NCBI RefSeq assembly: GCF_006345805.1 | Contig: NW_021835783.1 | Coordinates: 1 to 39,118 of the forward strand | Direction of reading: 5' to 3' | Length of the DNA stretch: 39,118 nucleotides | Source: Octopus sinensis | Taxonomy: Eukaryota | Shown here: positions 32,401 to 39,118 of the stretch, in pieces | Position numbering within the stretch: the first letter of the stretch is position 1 | Layout of the letters: each line of letters begins with the position of its first letter | The notes under the pieces: generated by a model | The model's database searches: none | What the model was told of the DNA's origin: nothing | What the model saw: only the letters and a program-made list of their open reading frames with translations | Made by a program: the position numbers and the translations under genes

Positions 32401-32956
32401 TATAAATACACACACACCCATTGGTAGATAGTTTAGTGAGGGCTGTTATGTAGAATGTAATGTAATGTGTGTAATGTGTGCGTATATGTGGCGTATAGTA
32501 TATGCATATGTATGTAAGTAAATGGATATGAATGTAAACAGATAGACATACAGACGGATAGGTACATAGGTAATATGAACAGACAAGCACACATACACAC
32601 ATACACACGCAAATGAAGACATGACCATATACACACACATTCACTTTACACAAGGACATGTATGGAGACACACATCCATACGTACACACATAGTACACAG
32701 TCACAAAAACCCACCCATACACAGACACACTCAGACATGCACATACAAGGAGAGAGAGGTACACACCTACACACATACAAACACACACATATGCAAAGAC
32801 ACACACACACACACACACATAAAAACATACATGAATATGCAGAATACATATATACAAACGAACACACATACATACATATATATACATTCGCACACACACA
32901 CATACATGTATTTCCCACACTTGCATGCATGCATAGACACATACATACATGTGTAT

Positions 32957-33008
<52 letters not shown>

Positions 33009-33222
33009 ACCCACACAAATGAGCACAAACAAAAAGAACGCAGCTCGGATAATGGACAGAGTCAATGACTATTGAAAAGGTTGAAAGATGCAGTGAAAAT
33101 TTTAGGAAAAATAAATAAGTAAATGAGTGGAAATTTTACTGGTGCGTGTGTTAAATTATGAGGCACTAAAAGAGAATATATACACATATATATACATATA
33201 TACATATATATGTATATACATT

Positions 33223-33254
<32 letters not shown>

Positions 33255-33360
33255 AGTGTGTGTATGTATGTATATACACATATATGTATATTTATGTATG
33301 TATGTATTTATGTATGTATGTATGTATGTATGTATTGTGTGTGTGTGTGTGTGTGTATAC
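32400..33360. repeat. Degenerate CA/TA/TG-rich low-complexity block
   Basis: Direct reading. Confidence 0.85.
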
Positions 33361-33554
33361 CAATACGTATGTATGAGAAAAATTATGTTAATGTGTCCTA
33401 CTTGTTAAAATTCCATTTATTTATTTGTGTAGCTGAAAATGGCATTGCATTTAAATTGATGTAATCATTGCATTGTTCAATTAAATGGAGCCGTTTGAAA
33501 CGGTCGTACTGCATTATTACTTGATATCCTGTTGCTTATTTTGATTTTACTCAC

Positions 33555-33601
33555 CTTACTTTGAGCTATGCAGATGATACCGGATTGACTGGGTGTTTCA
33601 G
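33555..33601 (-). other. Weak candidate exon (xETPSQSGIICIAQSK)
   Basis: Perfect donor AAG|GTGAGT with a second donor aaa|gtaagg 5 nt upstream; acceptor weak; one open frame. Confidence 0.25.
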
Positions 33602-33763
33602 CTTAAGTACCTAATTCAAATGAATCTCATATTTCTTTTACAACACACACACACACACACCACACATACACACCACACACACACACACATACACACACCC
33701 CATACACACACATACACCATATATATATATATTATATATATATATAATATATATATATAATAT

Positions 33764-34295
33764 AGAAGATACACAAAGAAGATCGTCTCTTTGGAACAGC
33801 TCAGCTACTGGGAAAGGTTGAAACAGCTAAAACTCTACTCCCTGGAGAGAAGACGGGAAGAGGTATGCAGTAATATATGTCTGGAAGATCCTGAAGGAAT
33901 TGTGCCAATTTTGGCATTGTAAGCTACACACAATGCTAGAACGGGACGACACTGCATAGTGCCAAAGATCCCAGCAATGCCTTCACGCTTCAGGACCAGC
34001 TTCTGCAACAGCCTGGGTTTCAAGGGCCCACAGCTTTTTAATATTCTGCCAAAGAGTCTGAGGAACTTGCACAAAGTAGATGAAGCGGTTTTTAAATCAA
34101 AGCTGGACATCTTCCTGTCGAGAGTCTCAAATGAACCTACCTCACGGCAAGAGGTGCAAATGAGAGTAGCTATATCAAACTCCATTCTTCACCAAGTGCC
34201 ACATATTAGAGGAGGTTCTTCGTAATAACAGCGTAGCACAAATCCGCGGGGCATCAGCATGGCCGCAGCTCTGAGCTGAAACAAGAAAAAAAAAA
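33764..34295 (+). mobile_element. CR1/L2-group LINE 3' fragment with 3' UTR and poly(A)
   Basis: RRYTKKIVSLEQLSYWERLKQLKLYSLERRR, frameshift, ...CNSLGFKGPQLFNILPKSLRNL...FKSKLDIFL...SNSILHQ; YWERL..L.LYSLERRR is the CR1-group RT C-terminal motif. Confidence 0.92.
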
Positions 34296-34308
34296 TGTGT
34301 GTGTATGT

Positions 34309-34530
34309 GTAATCCCTCAACTATCGCGGGTTTTTCGTTCCAAAAATCCGCGCGATAGGTGAAAATCCGCGAAGTAGAAACAGTACTGTATTGTGTATTT
34401 AAAAAAATTATTTTTATAATTTTCTTACATTTATTTTATTATAAATGCAAAACACCACCACGGAGGAATCGACGTAAGCTTAAATAATAAACCGCGACAG
34501 GTGAACCGCGATTATGGCGAGGTATTACTG
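34309..34530. mobile_element. pogo/Tigger-like MITE
   Basis: Left gtaatccctcaactatcgcgg and right ccgcgattatggcgaggtattactg|ta; repeated ccgcga subterminal motifs; TA target on the right. Confidence 0.75.
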
Positions 34531-34835
<305 letters not shown>

Positions 34836-34924
34836 ATCAACACCGATACTGTTTTTGTACATAGGGTAAATGTGGCTTGTTTGTTGTACTTTAATTAATA
34901 ATGTTAATGTTTAATCCTTCCTAG

Positions 34925-34957
34925 GATTAAGATTGAACGAATGTGGTGACATCTTCG
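34925..34957 (+). other. Weak candidate micro-exon (33 nt; GLRLNECGDIF)
   Basis: tttaatccttcctag|G and tcg|gtatgt; symmetric phase 1. Confidence 0.2.
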
Positions 34958-35380
34958 GTATGTTTGATCTCAAACAACCTTTGTTTTGGTGCTGTTGGCA
35001 CTGCCGGATTGAATGATATTGCCCAGGTGTCGAAACCATAGTGATATCCGTGGGGCTGCTGACGATGGACGTGTGTTGGATTGTTGGTATGGTTCTTAGT
35101 GTATGATCGTAGTTTTATAAGGCAACCATTTTATATATATAACTTACTTAGAAATGGATCATATAATAAAAATAATATATAAATATATGCATATGTACAT
35201 ACATATATGTACATATTTACATATATACATGTATATTTGGGTACAGAACGTAAAAAAAAATAATAAACGTGAACAATATGAGAAACGAGACATACATACA
35301 TACATACATGATGGCCATCCACTCCAGACCGAGGAAGACCATTGCCGACCTTCAGGAACATTGTGCGCTCTACGACTAAC

Positions 35381-35411
<31 letters not shown>

Positions 35412-36589
35412 CATACATACATACATACATACATACATGTATAATATACATACATATATATATGAGACATACATACATGTATGTGTGTATGTATGTATGT
35501 ATATATGTATGTATGTGTATATATTTCGCTCGTTCTGGTCTAACAACCCTCCATGTTTGCTTTTGTTCGGTTTCCTTGTATGTCTCCACTGTTCTGTTTT
35601 TGTTCTCAACTTTGACCCTCCATAAATCCAAAATTTTATTTTGGAATTTATGGGGGCAACTGTCTTCGAAGACTCATTATCGTTGAATGCCCGAAATAAG
35701 GAGTAGCTAGACAACCGACAACTGACGAAGGGTCATTCTGTGTGTTACTTGTCCTGTTTACAATTTTTTTTCTTTCGTTGTTTGCGTATTTAACTCGCTT
35801 GTTTGTTTTCGTGTTTCAGGTTGTTTACACAGTTGGTGACGTCCTGTACCCATATATGCACATATATAGGCAAAGTGAATTATGACCAGTGTTACAGCTT
35901 GAAGTCTTTTGACCAACAGGGACCTAAAATAACCAAGAGGTATTATATGCTTTTAATGTTTGCGAGATTTTCTGGTGTAATCTCTGACAAAGGACATCAA
36001 AGGTTTACGAATCTTTGATGTCCCTTGCGGCTGTGGTTTGTGTGGCATTTCGGATAAAGTCCTCTTCAAAATGATATAGAGTGGACGGGTTGTGAATAAA
36101 GTTTAAGAGTTTAGGGAAGGGCGGTGGTGAGCAGAATGGCAGGGGAGGGCGGTGGTGAGCGGAATGGCAGGGGGGGAGTGAGACAGGTGGTATGTAAGTT
36201 GGAGGTCAATGACCTCGCTGGTAACAGCATTCACATATACACACAATCACAGACAAGCACACACATCATATATGTATGTGTATATGTGTGCATGCCGGAA
36301 CGTGTGGATATATAAGTATATTATATATATGTGTATGCGTGTGTGTGAGTGAGTGTGTATATGTGTGTATATATATATATTTATATATGCATATATGTAT
36401 ATGTACAAACACGCATATATATATGTATATATATATATGTATATGTATATATACATGCGTATGTACGTATGTATATCTGTGTGTGTGTGCGTGTGTACGC
36501 ATGTGTGTGTAGTTGCATGTACAGACACAGTAATAAAGAAAGACAGTATTAAGAGAATGTGAGATAGTTTTAAGGTGAGAGCGCGAATG

Positions 36590-36591
36590 TT

Positions 36592-36622
<31 letters not shown>

Positions 36623-36813
36623 AGACAGACAGAGACAGACAGACAGACAGACAGACAGAGACAGAGACAGAGACAGACAGACAGATAGACAGAGAAGAGA
36701 AAGATCGATAGATAGAAAGACAGAAATAGATAAAGTGAGAGATAAATAGAGAGAGAGAAAGAGAGATAGAGGAAGAGCGAGAAAGAGAGAGATAGAGAAA
36801 GGGAGAGAGAGAG

Positions 36814-36845
<32 letters not shown>
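36590..36845. repeat. (GA)/(GACA)/(GATA)/(GT) compound microsatellite
   Basis: Direct reading. Confidence 0.9.
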
Positions 36846-37034
36846 GTGAGGAAGAGAGAAAGAGAGAGAATGTTTTAGTTGTGTAAGGGGGGGGGATGTG
36901 GGTGATGGCGGTTGGGGAATATGACATTTTGCTAATGAGACACCTGTCGAGTTGAATGGACGGCGATAAAGGTTGTTACAAGATCATCATCATCATCATC
37001 AACAATGTATCGTTATTATTGTTTTTGTCATTAG

Positions 37035-37164
37035 GTTGTTGATGATGATGATGATGATGATGATGATGACGACGACAACGACGACGATAATGATGACGGC
37101 TGTGACGGGGTGACGGTGATGATGGTGATGATGATGATGATGATGGTGGTGATGATGATGATGG

Positions 37165-37214
<50 letters not shown>

Positions 37215-37287
37215 GGGGTGAAGATGGTGATGATGATGGTGGTGGTGATGATGATGATGATGATGATGGTGGTGATGATGATGATGG

Positions 37288-37334
<47 letters not shown>

Positions 37335-37390
37335 GGGGTGAAGATGGTGATGATGATGGTGGTGGTGATGATGATGATGACGATGAAAAC
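37035..37390. repeat. (GAT/GGT)n tract containing a 120-bp duplication
   Basis: gattggggtgaagatggtgatg at 37211 and 37331. Confidence 0.92.
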
Positions 37391-37705
37391 AAAAAAGGGA
37401 AAACGACATAATTGGGCGGCGGCGAAAGAATGTGCTTAATTTGATGGTTGTTTGAAGACGAAGGGGATAGATTATCAAGATTTGGTCTCGTTGCCCCCCG
37501 CCCCGCCCCCAATTAAAATATGGCGGTGACCAGCGTATCGGTGTTGACGGTGGTGATGGGTGTTGGTGGTAGACAATGGTAACGCGAGCGAAGGTGTTGT
37601 TGAAGCTAGTAGGTGTGATGGTGGTGGTGGTGGTGGTAATGGTGGCGGTGGTAATGGTAGCGGTGGTGATGTTTGGTAATTAGGAAAGGCCCGCCGAGAC
37701 AATAA

Positions 37706-37900
37706 TCTTTCTCTAATTGGCGTTACGTCCGCCTGTGTGTCCGTCCGTCTGTCTGTTCGCTTTTCACGGCCAAACAGCCGGACCAGGGGTCACAATGTTT
37801 TTCGGGATTACGAAGGAGGTAATCGGAAAGGATTTTTTTTAGCGAAAATAATGTGAAGAAATATGATTATTTAATGGATAATGAGTTTTATATTAGAAAT
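37706..37900 (+). mobile_element. Probable Helitron 5' fragment
   Basis: A|TCTTTCTCTAAT start followed by gtccgtccgtctgtctgttcgcttttcacggccaaacagccggacc, typical of animal Helitron 5' regions; no 3' hairpin-CTAG seen. Confidence 0.5.
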
Positions 37901-37928
37901 ATTAAAATTACTAAGTCTCTCTAAAGGA

Positions 37929-37968
<40 letters not shown>

Positions 37969-38133
37969 TACGACGGGCTTCTTTCAGTTTCCGTCTACCA
38001 AATCCACTCACAAGGCTTTGGTCGGCCCGAGGCTATAGTAGAAGACACTTGCCCAAGGTGCCACGCAGTGGGACTGAACCCGGAACAATGCGGTTGGTAG
38101 ACAAGCTACTTACCACACAGCCACTCCTGCGCC
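37969..38133 (-). mobile_element. SINE family A, 5' half
   Basis: Near-consensus reverse complement ending ccactcctgcgcc. Confidence 0.92.
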
Positions 38134-38344
38134 CAAAAATTTAAGCTATGTCATTTTAACCAAGAATTTATTTAAGCTAAATTCCTCAACAACTTATTAA
38201 AAGGTAATTTTCCCGTAGGTAATTTTCCTACCTACACGATTTCGCTACAGTAGGTTATAGATAGGAACGTGAGGATTACAAAATTTTGAAATATTGAGCA
38301 AAGCGCAAATGTGATTTTAAAATGCATTTGCTTATAACTGCATA

Positions 38345-38769
38345 TATTTTTTCTATATATAGTTTTTCTAGCGGTGTCATATGAAATTTTCACCCATAAT
38401 TATGACCCTAGTATCGATCTATTGCATTTTAATATGTTTTAGGGTTAGTTAGGGTTAGGGTGAGGGGAAGGGTGGGGGAAAGAGTATCTTTTTTTCTTCA
38501 CAAATGTAAATAAACCCAATCTGTTTCTTAAACGAGGGACATATTCATACGGCACAGAATGTTTTCACCTCAATAGACGTCATTGATTGGTTGAAATTGC
38601 AGAAATTGCAGAAAAAACAACAAAAAATATCTTACAAACTATAGAATTTTCTCAATAAAGCCAAGAGAAAAAGATGTTTTATAAACACGTTCTACCAGTA
38701 TACGAAGTTTAAAAGTATTTAGTTACATGGGAATTATGTTAAAAACTGCCGTTCAAACCGAAAAGATCC
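38345..38769. mobile_element. Foldback family D, right arm only
   Basis: agcggtgtcatatgaaattttcacccataattatgaccctag...aaactgccgttcaaaccgaaaagatcc matches 30619-31002. Confidence 0.88.
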
Positions 38770-39014
38770 TAAATTAGTGTGAACAACTAAAATAGAAGTA
38801 TATCTAAATAACATTTTTTTATCGCTATTTCATGCGGAATCCCTAGCGTTGTCTCGTGGAAACTAGGGTCCCCAAGAATCGAGGTTGAGAAATGCTGCAT
38901 TAGTCGTTAGATGTCTCGGGGGTCTCTCCTTTCGTGTGTTTTCGCAAATAATTATTGCATTTATAGACGACGAGTGTAATACGATTTTCATGTTATTAAA
39001 GTTCGCACATTAAC

Positions 39015-39118
39015 TGGCACGACGATGGTTTCAGTTGATCCGATCAAAGGAATAGCTTGCTCGTGAAACTAACGTACAAGTGGCTGAGTACTCCACAGAC
39101 ATGTGTACCCTTAACTTA
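39015..39118 (-). mobile_element. SINE family C 3' end, cut by the window edge
   Basis: tggcacgacgatggtttcagttgatccgatcaa...gtggctgagtactccacagacatgtgtacccttaa is the reverse complement of the family C tail. Confidence 0.85.

Noticed and set aside
35992-36023. 11-bp hairpin ggacatcaaag/ctttgatgtcc as a pre-miRNA or terminator
   Set aside because: Stem too short for a pre-miRNA; intrinsic terminators are not relevant in this eukaryotic context.
36976-37512. Poly-His/Ser/Met ORFs
   Set aside because: (GAT)n microsatellite.

Overview
Eukaryotic, AT-rich, very repeat-dense DNA that looks intronic or intergenic. It is most likely octopus/coleoid cephalopod; this is inferred from recognising the tRNA-headed SINE families and the microsatellite load and was not verified by a search. 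No complete protein-coding gene, RNA gene or CRISPR array is supportable, and nearly all long ORFs in the track are translations of microsatellites or minisatellites. Real coding-derived sequence is limited to decayed retroelement fragments: two CR1/L2-group RT C-termini, two RTE-clade C-termini and one Penelope-like (PLE) linker plus GIY-YIG endonuclease. The window holds at least four SINE families (labelled A, B, C, K here), a complete non-autonomous Helitron, piggyBac-, pogo- and hAT-like MITEs, and an ~800-bp foldback family with an 8-bp TSD. The most notable signal is four unrelated short repeat families (E, G, H, I) that each carry a minimal type-I hammerhead ribozyme (HHR) motif, several with a CCGAYGA (U4C) core. 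These include a three-unit head-to-tail array directly after the PLE endonuclease fragment and a 138-bp palindrome. Other points of interest: a SINE/LINE shared 3' double hairpin with compensatory substitutions, head+(body)n SINE multimers with a fixed junction, several closely spaced inverted SINE pairs (possible ADAR substrates), and weak candidate small exons.
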